Program-made: the position numbers and the translations under genes
Origin: the human T2T-CHM13v2.0 reference genome, Homo sapiens
Assembly: GCF_009914755.1 (NCBI RefSeq)
Contig: NC_060934.1
Strand: one strand, 5' to 3'
Length of the DNA: 64,000 nt
The notes under the pieces: generated by a model
What the model was told of the DNA's origin: nothing
The model's database searches: none
Seen by the model: the letters and a program-made list of their open reading frames with translations, nothing else
Shown: positions 42,878 through 54,744 of the stretch, one piece after another
Layout of the letters: every line of letters starts with the position of its first letter
Numbering within the stretch: position 1 is the stretch's first letter

Positions 42878-43205
42878 ATGGGGTGTGTGTGTGTATATGA
42901 ATGTGTATGTGTCTTTGGGGTGAGTGTGTCTATGTGGGTGTATGTATGTGTGTCTATTTGTGTTTATTTGTGTCTCTGTGTATGTGTATGCATATTACAT
43001 ATGTGTATGCACGTGTGTGTATACAGTATATGTGTGTGTGTCTGTGTACTTGTGTCTGTGTATTTGTGTGTCTGTGAGTACATCTTTGTGTGTATGTCTA
43101 TGTGCCCATGTCTGTGTATTTGTATGTATGTATGTGTGTATTTACATATGTGTATGTTTGTATATGTATGCATATGTGTATATGTGTGTGTATGTATATA
43201 CAGTA
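42878..43205. repeat. Degenerate (TG)n/(TATG)n low-complexity tract
   Basis: About 330 bp TG/TA-rich. Confidence 0.92.
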
Positions 43206-43250
43206 TATTAAGTGTTTGAATGTATGTATCATATTTATCAAATTCCACGT

Positions 43251-43614
43251 TGTATTAATTGTTCTCACACTGCTATAAATGACTACCTGACACTGGGTCA
43301 TTTATGAAGAAAAGAGGTTTAATTGACTCACAGTTCTGCATGGGTGGGGAGGCCTCAGGAAACTTACAACCTTGGCAGAAGGCAAAGGGGAAGCCAGCAC
43401 ATCTTAACATGGCCGATCAGGAGAGAGAGAGAGGGAAGCGGGTACTGTCACACACTTTTAAACCATCAGATCTCATGAGAACTCACTATCACGAGAACAG
43501 CAAGGGGGAATCTGCCCCCATGATGCAATCACCTTCCACCTGGTCCCTCCCCCAACACTGGGAATTACAAGTCAACATGAGATTTGGGTGGGGACATAAA
43601 GCCAAACCATATCA
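43251..43614 (-). mobile_element. Solo MaLR LTR (MSTA/THE1D-like)
   Basis: tgtatta...aagaggtttaattgactcacagttc...gagatttgggtggggac...ccaaaccatatca; 5-bp TSD CACGT at 43246-43250 and 43615-43619. Confidence 0.93.
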
Positions 43615-43792
43615 CACGTCTTGCTTTTTCACTGAATGTGGGACCTTGGACACTTTCCCTATCAGCATGTGTGGCTGCACCACATGGATTTCAGTAGTGG
43701 CAGAATATTCCCTTCTATAGATTCCACAATTCATCCAATCAGTCTTTATTCTTCCAATTTAAGGCAAAACAAATTCCAATGTAAAAGCTTAA

Positions 43793-44108
<316 letters not shown>

Positions 44109-44532
44109 TTAATATTAAAAATAGTTGTTGTTTCCTTCCAGTGGACTTAATTCCAACCAGGCTGGTGAAGAAGCCAGTTGGATAGCCAGTCCCTGCTGAA
44201 GGTGGATGGCCCCTGCTCTTGTCTCCCGGTTATCAGGCTCTCGCTGCTTTTGGGCCAGAGGAACAGGGCGTCCTCCTTGAGGCTGCGAGTCGTCCCTCTG
44301 AGTGCCTCTCACCAAGGGATGAAGCAGCAGCCATTTGGCCAGAGAGCAGTCACTCACCCATCCTTGGGTCCAGGAGAGGCATTGCAGGCTTTACCCTCAG
44401 ATCTTTCTTTCCAAAGCTCCTTCTCTTCACCCTGTATCCAGGGCACTTGGCCTGAAGAGCCTTTGTCTTCTGGAAGCTTCTGCTGCCTTCCCTGCCCAGA
44501 TCCCTCAGACAAGGAGCTGTAAGGCCCAACTC

Positions 44533-44751
44533 CAGGAGGAAATAAAGGAAGAGGGAAGAAGGAGAAGCAGAGAGAGGAGAGATGCATAAATTAATACCTC
44601 CAGAAGCAGCCTTGCTACAGACACATCATTTGTTCCTATTTTTTTCTCTGTGTCACACAGTGCTATAATGCAGAGGAACTGCTGCTTCGAAGGGTACGTG
44701 CCTGCACAGTCTGAGATTGGCAAGTTGCTATCCCCTGTGTGTCCCCATCGA
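44533..44751 (+). repeat. Local direct duplication, copy 1 (219 bp)
   Basis: Aligns by hand to 45997-46215 with about 17 substitutions and 2 single-base indels (~91% identity). Confidence 0.92.
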
Positions 44752-45996
44752 GGGGGACAAGACCCTTTCCTTCCACATTCTCATGTGTACACGACGGGGC
44801 TTTAACATTTACTCATATATATACCATCTTCTTGTCATCTAGAGTTTCAATTCTTTCATTATAAAGAATGTGGTAATTGTTCATTTGTTTACATCTTTAT
44901 CATTTATATTATTCTCCTAAATTCTTGCCCAAGACATTTGAAGCACCCTAAAACAAGAAGGCATATCTGGGTAGTTCAAACTAAGATTTTATGAAAAGAT
45001 GCAAATCATTTACAGAAAGGACAAATATATTCTAGACATCTGAGATTGAATTGTTGTAAATTTGACTATGAGCTATAAAAGCTGACATATAATATCAACA
45101 ATATTATTATCTAATATTATCTAATATTAGATATCATCCCATAAATGAATGCTTTCATATTATTCTAAACAAAAAATTTAGAATAAAAACCTACAGGAAA
45201 TTATCTTATAGTTCTAAAATATGGGCTACCTTTCCAACTTAAAAAAAAAAAAGCACAGTGGTAGTAAAGAGAAGTAGAGAGGAAATGGGGAGTTTTCCAT
45301 ACTGAAGAATATCTGCAATGAAGACCTGGGTACATTTTTTTAAATTACAAAACTAAAAAAATAAAGGCATCTAATATATAATTCAGTGTGGGAAAATAAA
45401 AACAAATTGCTAGTTTAACTTACCAATACTGTGAGCAATTTAAAATTGTTAGATTCCACCAAATAATTGTTAAATGAGATAAGCCAGGTAAATGTCCTAG
45501 CACAATACCTGAAGTACGGTATTCTCAATAAATTTCAGTTATTGTCATTTCAGTAGTTACAATTATTTTCAAAAGTTGTTTAATCTTTTTTTCTTCCAAT
45601 CCATGTTAATTCTAACTGACTCAGCTTAAAAGGAAACTACTTCAAGATTGAATTTGAACTAGAAATGGGATCCCCTTGTAGTGATGTTTGAGAGAGCAGG
45701 GATTACTCTCCTTAAGGCTTCTATTTAACTAAAATTTTATTGGAACTGGATAACATGTGGAGGTCGGTCATAATCAATCACTGATAGACATAAATCTGCA
45801 AAGAATTCACTTGAGGGGGAGATGAGTGTCTTCCACCCCATTCAAGGTTGCCATTTTCCACAAAGTTCAGGCAGTGGAGTGAAATGCCACAATAATACTC
45901 TATTAAATCAACACATTGGTAATGTGATGGCAACACCTGTAGCCATTTCAGATACAGGCAGAAGCTCGCAGTTATTAAAGCCACATGGAGAGGGTA

Positions 45997-46215
45997 CAGC
46001 AGGAAATGAAGAAAGAGGGAAGAAGGAGAAGCAGAGAGAGGAGAGATGCATAATTTAATACCTCCAGAAGCAACCTTGCTACAGACCATCGTCTGTTTCT
46101 ATTTTTTTTCTCTGTGTCACACAGTGCTATAATGCAGAGGAACCACTGCTTTGAAGGGTATATGCCTGCACAGTCTGAGATTGACAAGTCGCTGTCCCCC
46201 GTGTGTCCCCATCGA
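45997..46215 (+). repeat. Local direct duplication, copy 2 (219 bp)
   Basis: Same orientation as 44533-44751, offset 1464 bp. Confidence 0.92.
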
Positions 46216-46677
46216 TGAGAACCACATTTATGGTTCTTGTGGTTGCTTGGACAGTCTTTATTTTCATCATGAGACAAAGATAAGGCAGACATTTCTGGTG
46301 AAAGTCTAACAGTTAAGTTGTGGTAAAAGATAGGATAGTTGGCGTTGGGCAACTTCAGTGAAAAAGAGCTCCTTATAATATCATAATCTTGTCCTCAGAA
46401 ACTCGTGGACTATTATTTGTGGCTGCCTTTTCATCCTTTACTTTAGCAACTTACCGGTTGCTTTCTGTGTATGTGGGGCCAGTTTATGTGAGATTTGAAG
46501 AAGGGATTTTCCTTTATTGGGAATGTCTAATGAGCACTTACAAGCAGAATTTCCTCCCGATTTTTTTCCTCTGCACTCTGAATACTGGAAAGTGTTTTGA
46601 GGGCCTTCTGACAGTACACCACAGTGATTTTTTTTTCTGTCGTAATCCATTTATGACTAAAAAACATGATGCTTTTT

Positions 46678-46963
46678 GTTTTTGAGATAGAGTCTCGCTC
46701 TGTCACCCAGGGCAGAGTGCAGTGTCACAGTCTTGGCTCACTGCAGCCTCTGCCTCCCAGGTTCAAGCGATTCTCCTGCCTCAGCCTCCTGAGTAGCTGA
46801 GATTACAGGCATGCGCCACCACGCCTGGCTAATTTTTGTATTTTTAGTAGAGACAAGGTTTCACCATGTTGGTTAGGCTGGTCTCGAACTCCTGACCTTG
46901 TGATCCACCCGCCTCAGCCTTCCAAAGTGCTGGGATTACAGGCATGAGCCACCGCATCTGGCC
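46678..46963 (-). mobile_element. AluS
   Basis: 14-bp TSD ACATGATGCTTTTT at 46664-46677 and 46964-46977. Confidence 0.95.
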
Positions 46964-49208
46964 ACATGATGCTTTTTTTTTGGTTGCTCACATGACAAGC
47001 TATTATTTTTGTGTCACTTTAAACAGAACTTAAGGTATAGACTTCATGCATTCCCTCTTGAGCCCTCTTCCATTACAGCAGTTAAATTTTGTCCAGATTC
47101 TGTAAACTAGTATTGCTGCCTGAGTGGCCGTGGTATTTCCTTTGAGCTGAACTTGGCCATTTTAGCTTCTTATTAGACAAAACAGTATACTTGGAGTCCT
47201 GGTGAATAACCAGACAAATGGAATTTCTTGTCCACAAAGCTCTAGCACAGTGGTTCAGCGCAGAGGCCCATGCTTCCCTACTTGATCTTGTCGTCACTGG
47301 CTCAGCCAAATGCTATTTCTCAAAGTTCATAAATCTCACATCCTCTTTGTGGAGTCTTTCCCCTTTTTGTACATGTATAATCCCCGGCCTCTAAGTAGTC
47401 TATTCACTTCTAAAGCTGTTGACTTGGCAAGATAACAACTGCATCATTCACACAAGCAAATCTGCTCTTGGAGGACAAAAAGAGGTTTATTTTGGCTTAG
47501 ATGACTCCGATTGGTCATCTCCATTGAAACCTTGGCAGAAGATAGGTCCCTTGGCTACTGGGGAGAAAAGTCAAGTAAACCTTTAGTGCCAGGAATGGTG
47601 TTTGTAAAGATTCGGCATGAAGTGGTACATTTCGTCCTTGGGCTTCTTACTGGCTTCAACCCAAACAGAATCACTTAGTGCTGTTCCCCGGGTTAATGAT
47701 GTTATTAGAACAATTGACTCAAAGCAAGAACTGAAAGGCTGAGTGCTTTGTTGTGAGGTGTGCAAAAATTCAAGTCTATCAAAACAGGCTTAGCAGAGCT
47801 GCCACCAGCAGGACAGCGTTTAGCTTTTGTTTGCTGCTTCTTTGATTCTTCATGGGCAGCTGGCATTTCTGTTGCTGGTTTCTACTCTCTCATCCCTAGT
47901 GGACCCTACGTTTTCTCCCCTGAGTGTGCTTATCTGTCCAGCTGCAAAAAAAAAAAAACAAAAGGTGTGCTGTTGTTTCTGCACTTCTCCCTGTCCTCAT
48001 CTCTCAACATCATATGTGTGCAGAGAAATCACACTTGTTGCTCTGTTGTCTCAAAAGGTCTAGCCCTGAGTTTGCTGAGGTGATGATGAAGGTTGTGTGA
48101 AGCTGTGTCAAACACTGAGAAACATACACACAGGCTGTAGCAGATGTGTGTTATTCCCTCAATGCATGCACCAGTGATGGGGATTTAGAATGAGCCACTG
48201 TGCAAAGATGCCCCAGAGAGACTATTCCCTATACATTATTATTCAGTGTAAGATACCCAATAAAGCAACTAGATAAAGAAATGCCTATATCTAAACCTAA
48301 AATATTCACTCACTCCCAGCGTTAACTTCCCTCATCCTTAAGAACAGGCTATCCATGGAGCTACCAAAATGCACTTTTAAAAAGTGTGTTCATGCTGCAC
48401 TTCATATTCATGCTCCCTTTTCCCTTGACAATGTGTTATATGTTGAGAATCTTTAAATAAAACTGCTCAACCACCAAAAAATTATTTCTCCCCATTTCTA
48501 TTCATCAGTACTTCTTATCTTGAAGGCTGATTTCAATAATCATTTATCCCTCACAACTTCATACAATTTCTTCCTTTTAGAGTCCCACTGAATATCATTT
48601 ATATTTATCCCACGCTATTTTTTTATTCTAGTTTATATTATTACTTGTGAACTTTCCTAATCTCGTCTCCCAAACACACAAACCCTTTAGCTACTTCCAT
48701 GGGAGGCTATCTTATCTATTACTCTCCACACCCCCAGCCACGGGATATGCAGGAGACACTAATGGATCTAGTATATCACACAGGAAGCAGATCACCAGGA
48801 CGACAATTACAATCAGCAAATCCCAGTATCCACTAAAGACAGTGACAAGGGTAAAAAGACAATAGCTGAGAGCGAGGTAATAAGTGTTCATGAAGAATTT
48901 CTTAAGCCTCAGCATCTTAGCAGCTATAGCAGAATGCCATAACAAAGACAAAAGTATTTTGAGTGTGAAGTTATACCATGACATACAAATGCATCTGTCA
49001 ATGAGGCCGTTAGAAATCTTCCAGACCAAAGGTCCCAAACACCCACCATAACCTTCTGATTCAATAGGGCACATATGGGGAAACTGTACTGTTAAAAAGC
49101 ACTTCTACCAAGAAAAGGCAAAAAATGTCCCCTCACCACTCCTTCTCAACACTGTACTGGACATCCTAACTAATATAATAAGACAAAAAAGGAACTAAAA
49201 GGTATACA

Positions 49209-49514
49209 GGCTGGGTGCAGTGGCTCACGCCTGTAATCCCAGCACTTTGGGAGGCCAAGGAGGGTGGATCATGAGGTCAGGAGTTTGAGACCACCCTGAC
49301 CAACAAGATGAAACCCCATCTCTACTAAAAACATAAAAATTAGCCAGGCATAGTGATGCATGCCTGTAATCCCAGCTACTCATGAGGCTGAGGCAGGAGA
49401 ATCGCTAGAACCCAGGAGGCAGAGGTTGCTGTGAGCCGAGATCCCGCCACTGCACTCCAGCCTGGGTGACAGAGTGAGACTCTGTCTCAAAAAAAAAAAA
49501 AAAAAAAAAAAAAA
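49209..49514 (+). mobile_element. AluS
   Basis: Dimer plus poly-A; TSD aaaaggtataca / aaaagatataca. Confidence 0.95.
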
Positions 49515-50409
49515 GATATACAGTTTGGGAAGAAAAAAATTAAACTGTCTTTGTTCACAGGTGACATTATTTGCTATCTTAATTTAATTTCCAAAGAATT
49601 GATGAAAAGCTTCTGAAACTACTAAGCAATTATAGCAAGGTTGCAGAAGACAAGATTAATATACAAAAATCAACTATTTTCCTATATACCAGAATTCAAC
49701 AAGTGGTATTTGAAATTAGAAGCACAGTACCATTTACATTAGCACCCCCGAAAATGAAATACTTATGTATAAATCTAACAAAATACGTATGAGTCCTATA
49801 TAGGAAAACTACAAAACTCTGATGAAAGATGTAAAAATAAATAAATAAATCGAGTGATATTCCATGTTCATGAATACAAGGACTCAATATTGTCAAGACA
49901 TCAGCTCTCCCCAAATTGATCTAAACATTCAGTGTAATCTCATCAAAATCTTACTAAATTATTTTGTGGATAAACTGAATCCATAGTTCATATGAAGAAG
50001 CAAAAGACACAGAATAGATAACTCAATATTGAAGGAAAAGAACAAAGTTAGAGGACTCACACTACCTGACCTCAAGACTTACAATAAATCTACTGCAGTA
50101 ATCAAGACAGTGTGGTATTTATGAAACAGGCAAATGGATCAATGGAACAAAATAGCACAGAAATAGATCACCACAAATATAATAAGCTGATGTTTGACAA
50201 AGGAGCAAAGGCAATACACTGGAGAACTTTCAGTCTTTTCAACAAATGATGTTGGACATCCACATGCAAAAAAATAAATCCAGACACAGATCTCACACTC
50301 TTCATTAAAATTAACTCAAAGTGGATCGAAGGCCTAAATGTAAAACACAACACTATGAAACTTCTAGAAAATAAGAGAAAATCTAGATGATCTTGGGTTT
50401 AGTGATTTT

Positions 50410-50713
50410 TTTTATTTTTATTTTTTATATTGATTACTGTGTTCCAGGATATTCTAATTTACTAATTTTTATTTTAATTTTTTTCTGTCTAGTCTCTGAT
50501 TTTTTAATTTTAATTTTTATTTCAATTGTTTTGGGGCGACAAGTAGTGTTTGGTTGCATGGAAAAGTTATTTAGTGGTGATTTCTGATATTCTGGTGTAC
50601 CCATCACCAGAGTAGTGTACATTGTGCCCAATGTGTAGTCTTTTATGTCTCACTCCCCTCCCAGCCTTCCCCCTGAGTCCCCGAAGTCCATTATATAATT
50701 CTTATGTCTTTGC
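50410..50713 (-). mobile_element. L1PB/L1MA-type 3' end inserted antisense into the older L1
   Basis: agtggtgatttctgatattctggtgtacccatcacc...ccctgagtccccgaagtccattat; flanks agtgattttt / aatgactttt. Confidence 0.75.
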
Positions 50714-51109
50714 AATGACTTTTAAAATACAACATCAAAGGGATGAGCCATGAAAGAAATAATTGATAAGCTCACTTCGTTAAAATAAAAATTTTTTTAT
50801 TTTGCTAAAGACAATGTCAAGGAAATGAAAAGACAAGTTACAGACAGACTGGGAGAAAATATTTACAAAGACACATCTAATAAAGGACTCTTATCCAAAA
50901 TACACAAAGAACTCTTAAAATCCAACAATAAGAAAATGAATGACCCAAATAAAAAATGGGCAAAAGACCTGAAAACACACCTTATCAAAGATATACAGAT
51001 AGCAAAGAAGCAGAGTAAAAGATGCTCAACGTCATAGACTTATGGAATTTCTGTTAAAACAATGAAATAGCATGATACACGATTGCAGTGCAGTAGAGCT
51101 TCCCCCAGG

Positions 51110-51433
51110 AATACTGTTCCCAGACTTGTGCAGGGCTGGTTCCCTCACTCTTTGCCTTTCTGTTTGCAGCATAAATGCCACTTCATTGAGGTGTTGAGGA
51201 TTCCCTCACTCTGTCCCTTCCGCCTCTCACCACAAGCACCTGCTTTATTTTACTATAGCACCTGCTCTTTTTTTTTCTCATGCATTTGCTTTTATGCTCT
51301 GTCCATTCATTCCTACAGATGGTGAGCTCCTGAGGGCAAGGCCCATGCAGGTCATTTTCAGCACTGCACCCTGGCCTAACTTGCCCCGTGCACAGGTGAG
51401 TGCTCCAGGCACAGTTTCTGAATGAATAAATGA
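51110..51433 (+). mobile_element. L2 3' end
   Basis: gtgagctcctgagggcaagg...gtgcacaggtgagtgctc...tgaatgaataaatga. Confidence 0.65.
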
Positions 51434-52339
51434 GAGTATCGAAGATCCCCCTTCCCACCTGTGAGGAGCTCACATTGTGGAGATGGATGCTCACAGGAGA
51501 TGCAAGTTGGGTGGGAGGCAGGGGGACACCCAGAGTGACCCTGGGAGTTTCTCTGGCTGCAGCCGCCCCATTGAGCAGAATGGGCAGCGCCTCCCCTGAT
51601 GGCCAGCACTGAAGACCCAGGCAAGGAACCTAAAAACAAAGCCCTCATCTGGGTGTGGGTGTCCTCAAGGCAGTAGGACTCCCAGGGCTGAGGGGGGCAA
51701 TGAAGGGGGAGCTGTAAGCTCCAGGAGAGATAAGAGGGGCGTCGGAAGGCTCCCTTGACCCCTCTTTCCCTCCACTGGCCCTGGGGGAGCCCAGTCCACT
51801 CATAAGGGGGGTGTCCAGTCCACCCCATCCACTTCCAAACGGGGGCCCGAGGCTGCAAGCAAGGACGCTCCCCTCCACATGCAGGGCTCGGCCTCCCCTG
51901 CACCACCCAGGACCCCCGCTGTCCTGCAAGCCCCAGCCGCTCTGGGCCAGGACCCAGGGAGTGGAAGGCATTTTCCAAGGGCACAGTGGCTCCCTGACGG
52001 GGAACCAAGGCCAGGCACGCTTCTCCCAGACTGGGGGCCTCGGGGCACCTGAGAATGGCCATCCTTGGTACAAGAGAGCGGGGACCCACTCCCGCGCACC
52101 CTGTGCCCCAGGGGACGCAGGACTCTGCACCCTGACCCTAGAGCTTGCCCTAGGATGGCCCGGCCATGGCGAGGCCCTGGAACGGTGAAGACTCTCTGCC
52201 CATCAACCTAGCACCTCTGCCCTACCCTCAGTCGCATATGCACCCGGTGCGAGGGAGAAGGCAACCAGGAGGTCACACCTAAGGGGGGGGCGTGAGCGGC
52301 AATGCCAGCCGATTGTAAAACCTTCCCTGCTCCTGCGTG

Positions 52340-52590
52340 GCTCTGCAAGCCAATCGAAAATTCCGTCGTCTATGCCGCCAGCCAATCAGGATGTCCAGAG
52401 CGCGGTGCTTCCAGCCATTTGGGACTCCAGCTGGCTCTGCGCCTCCAGCCAATCGGGGTGCCCGTCCTTAATACAACCAGCCAGTCAGTGCCCGGCGCGC
52501 GACACCAGCAGCCAGTCAGGAAGCCCTGCGTTCATGCTTCCAGCCATTGTCGGAGTGTCAGCCGTCACAAGGCACTTCCAGCCAGTCGCA
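52340..52590 (+). promoter_or_regulatory. Phased CCAAT (NF-Y-type) box array
   Basis: AGCCA(A/G/T)T motifs start at 52348, 52380, 52413, 52447, 52479, 52510, 52542 and 52580. Three are perfect AGCCAATC (52348, 52380, 52447). Confidence 0.75.
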
Positions 52591-52646
52591 ACGGCGGGTC
52601 GCCAGCGCCTCAGTAGCTCGCGCGGTGCCTGTCGGTAGTCGCGTGC

Positions 52647-52670
52647 GGGGCGGCGGGGCGGCGGGGCGGC
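52647..52670 (+). repeat. (GGGGCGGC)x3 GC-box repeat just upstream of the start codon
   Basis: ggggcggc ggggcggc ggggcggc followed by cggcggcggccATG. Confidence 0.85.
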
Positions 52671-52681
52671 CGGCGGCGGCC

Positions 52682-52720
52682 ATGGGAGATATCCCAGCCG
52701 TGGGCCTCAGCTCCTGGAAG
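52682..52720 (+). CDS. AKR1E2: AKR1E2 coding exon 1 (MGDIPAVGLSSWK)
   Basis: ATG in strong Kozak context (GCGGCCATGG) inside a CpG island; 39 nt ending AAG|GTGACG. GLSSWK corresponds to the AKR GLGTWK motif and joins exon 2 in phase 0. Confidence 0.95.
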
Positions 52721-53151
52721 GTGACGCGGTCGCGGGCAGGGAGGCGCGCCTGACCTAGGGGAGCGCGGGACTTGGGGGCGCCCGATGGGACCCAGGCCGG
52801 GGCTGGGGAGAAGTGCGGCGGCCTCCCCTCCGCCTGGCCGACGCCCGGGAAAGGCGCTGCTGAGGTGGCCGCCCACCGCCCACAAGCAGCCCGGCCCGGC
52901 CTTTCCTAAAACGGAGTCGGTGCTGCCCGCCGAGGCGCTCTCTGGGAGAAGCGGGAACCTCGGCAGCCAAGCCTCAGACTCTGGGGCTGCGGCCGCGGCG
53001 TTGGGCGGGGCTGCTCTGTGGAGAGGCGGAGCCCTTGAAGTTACTCAGAACTGGAGCGGGGATGCCGAGGGGAGGCCTTGGCGGCGCTGGACTCGGCCGG
53101 AACAGGGAACCTCGAAGCCTCCTCTCCAGCAAAGAGAGAAAGAAAAGTTGG

Positions 53152-53460
53152 GGCCGGGCGTGGGGTGCGGGCTTGTAATCCCAGCACTTTGGGAGGCCGA
53201 GGCAGTAGGATCGCCTGAGCTCAGGAGTTCAAGACCAGCCAGGTCAACATGGCGAAACCCTGTTTCTACAAAAAATGAACAAATCAGCTGGGCTTGGGGG
53301 TGCGCGCCTGTGGTCCCAGCTACTCAGGAGGCTGAGGTGGGAGGATCACTGGAGACCAGGAAGTCGATGCTGCAGTGAGCTTTGATGGCGCCACTGCACT
53401 CCAGCCTTGGGGACAGAGCCAGACCTTGCTGGAAAAAAAAAAAAAAAAAAAGAAAAAAGG
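53152..53460 (+). mobile_element. AluJ in AKR1E2 intron 1
   Basis: ggccgggcgtgg...gaggtgggaggatcact...gctgcagtgagct...poly-A. Confidence 0.92.
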
Positions 53461-53554
53461 AAAATTGGAATTGCTGATTAGGCTTTAAAAGAAACTTTGG
53501 GATCTCATGTTGTTCCCTGTTTAGAAGCAACCTGCCCTGATGCCTGAGACATAT

Positions 53555-53885
53555 AATCGCTCTGTGCATTTATGGGGTGCAGCGTAATGTTTTGAGCCGT
53601 GTATACAATTGCAATGTGGTTAAATCAAGCTAATTAACATATCTATCACCTCTCTCAGTTATTATTGTTTGTGGTAAGATGTTTGAAATGTCTTGTTATT
53701 TTGAAATACACATGTGTAGTAAATTATTGTTGACTGTTGGCATCCTAGTGCGCAGTAAGTCTTAAAAGCTGTGTCTCCTGTGTGTTTGAAACTTTGTACC
53801 CTTTGATCAGCAACTCCCCATTCCCTCCTTCCTCACCTCCCCCAGCCCCCAGCGTCTTATAACCACCATTCTATTCTACGACCTT
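53555..53885 (-). mobile_element. L1MA-type 3' end
   Basis: taaatcaagctaattaacatatctatcacctc...gaaactttgtaccctttga...taaccaccattcta. Confidence 0.8.
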
Positions 53886-54439
53886 TCTCTGCTTTGAACT
53901 TCACAATTCCTGCCAGTGATTTGAGACAGCACTGACTAAAAAGCGTTTAAAATTTGATCTTTAAAAAAAAAAAGCTAAACTTAGTTGTTGATAAAAGCTA
54001 TAAGAAGTCATATAGGAAGTTAGTTACTGAAGGAGTCAGAATGTTCAAGGCCTGCTCATGAAAATATTATTTAAATTATTTCTCTTACCTGCTTACCAAC
54101 TCTTAGAGGCTAGGAGTGTCGTTTTGTTCATATTGGTTCTCAGCATCTAGTGAAGGACGTGCATCTGTCAGCCCTTCATTCAGTAAGCACTCGATGGATT
54201 AAACTGTTGAGTCTCTTGCTTCCCTTTATTTCTGCAACAATTTGGTGCAGGAGTCCAGACTTTCGTGCACACAGGATAAGGAAAAATTAGTGAAAACTGT
54301 GCTTAACAGGTCAAAATATTCTATTTATTTTTCTTGGACTGCAGGTGCATCAAATTGGATTAATCATAATCACTCATCACTGGTCTATGCAAAGGCTTAT
54401 TTTTACTTGTCTATTTTTAATAGTGAATAAACATCACAG

Positions 54440-54715
54440 ACCTATCCGTTATCTGTTGCCCCAGAAATGCTGCATCAATGGCCAAACACCAGACCTCAGT
54501 GGTGTACAGCAGCAAGTGTATTCCTCCCACACGGGAGGTCAGGAGAGCAGCTCTGTGGACCTTGGCTGGGCTCAGTTGGGATGGTTGGGGCTACTCCACT
54601 TGGCTCCGCACATCTCCTGTCCTCGTGCGGTTAGTTAGGGAGTGTTCTCAAGATGATGGCTGAAGCACAAGAGAGCAAGGGGAGCAGTGAGATGTCTGGA
54701 GACCTCAGCCTGGGC
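54440..54715. mobile_element. Old MLT1-type LTR fragment
   Basis: gttatctgttgcc...aatgctgcat...acctcagtggtgtacagcagcaagtgtatt...gatggctgaagcacaagagagcaag. Confidence 0.5.
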
Positions 54716-54744
54716 TCTTCATTATTAGGGGCCACTTGATCCAT

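Larger units (their letters stand above)
49110..51082 (+). mobile_element. Ancient L1M ORF2 remnant with nested Alu and inverted L1 3' end
   Basis: ctcaccactccttctcaacactgtactgga...aatcaagacagtgtggtatt...atggatcaatggaaca...aaaatgggcaaaagacctgaa. Confidence 0.85.
52070..53170. promoter_or_regulatory. AKR1E2: CpG island / AKR1E2 promoter, 5' UTR and start of intron 1
   Basis: Sharp rise in GC and CpG density against an AT-rich background; GC boxes (GGGGCGG) and CCAAT boxes upstream of the ATG. Boundaries approximate. Confidence 0.9.

Noticed and set aside
45108-45133. 10-bp tandem duplication and 16-bp palindrome tatctaatattagata
   Set aside because: Short AT-rich palindromes arise readily by slippage; there is no supporting context.
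44533-46215. The duplicated pair as LTRs of a small retroelement
   Set aside because: No TG...CA ends, primer-binding site, polypurine tract placement or flanking TSD that I can identify.
51376-52188. Long ORFs (237 aa minus strand, 125 aa plus strand) upstream of AKR1E2
   Set aside because: GC-rich promoter-flank DNA is poor in stop codons; the translations show no recognisable domain.
52547-52681. In-frame near-cognate (TTG) N-terminal extension of AKR1E2, and an upstream ATG at 52534
   Set aside because: The TSS is unknown and may lie downstream; open frames are expected in GC-rich DNA, and the main ATG has an optimal Kozak context.
52785-53378. 197-aa ORF in intron 1
   Set aside because: CpG-island sequence running into an AluJ; the C-terminus is a typical Alu translation.
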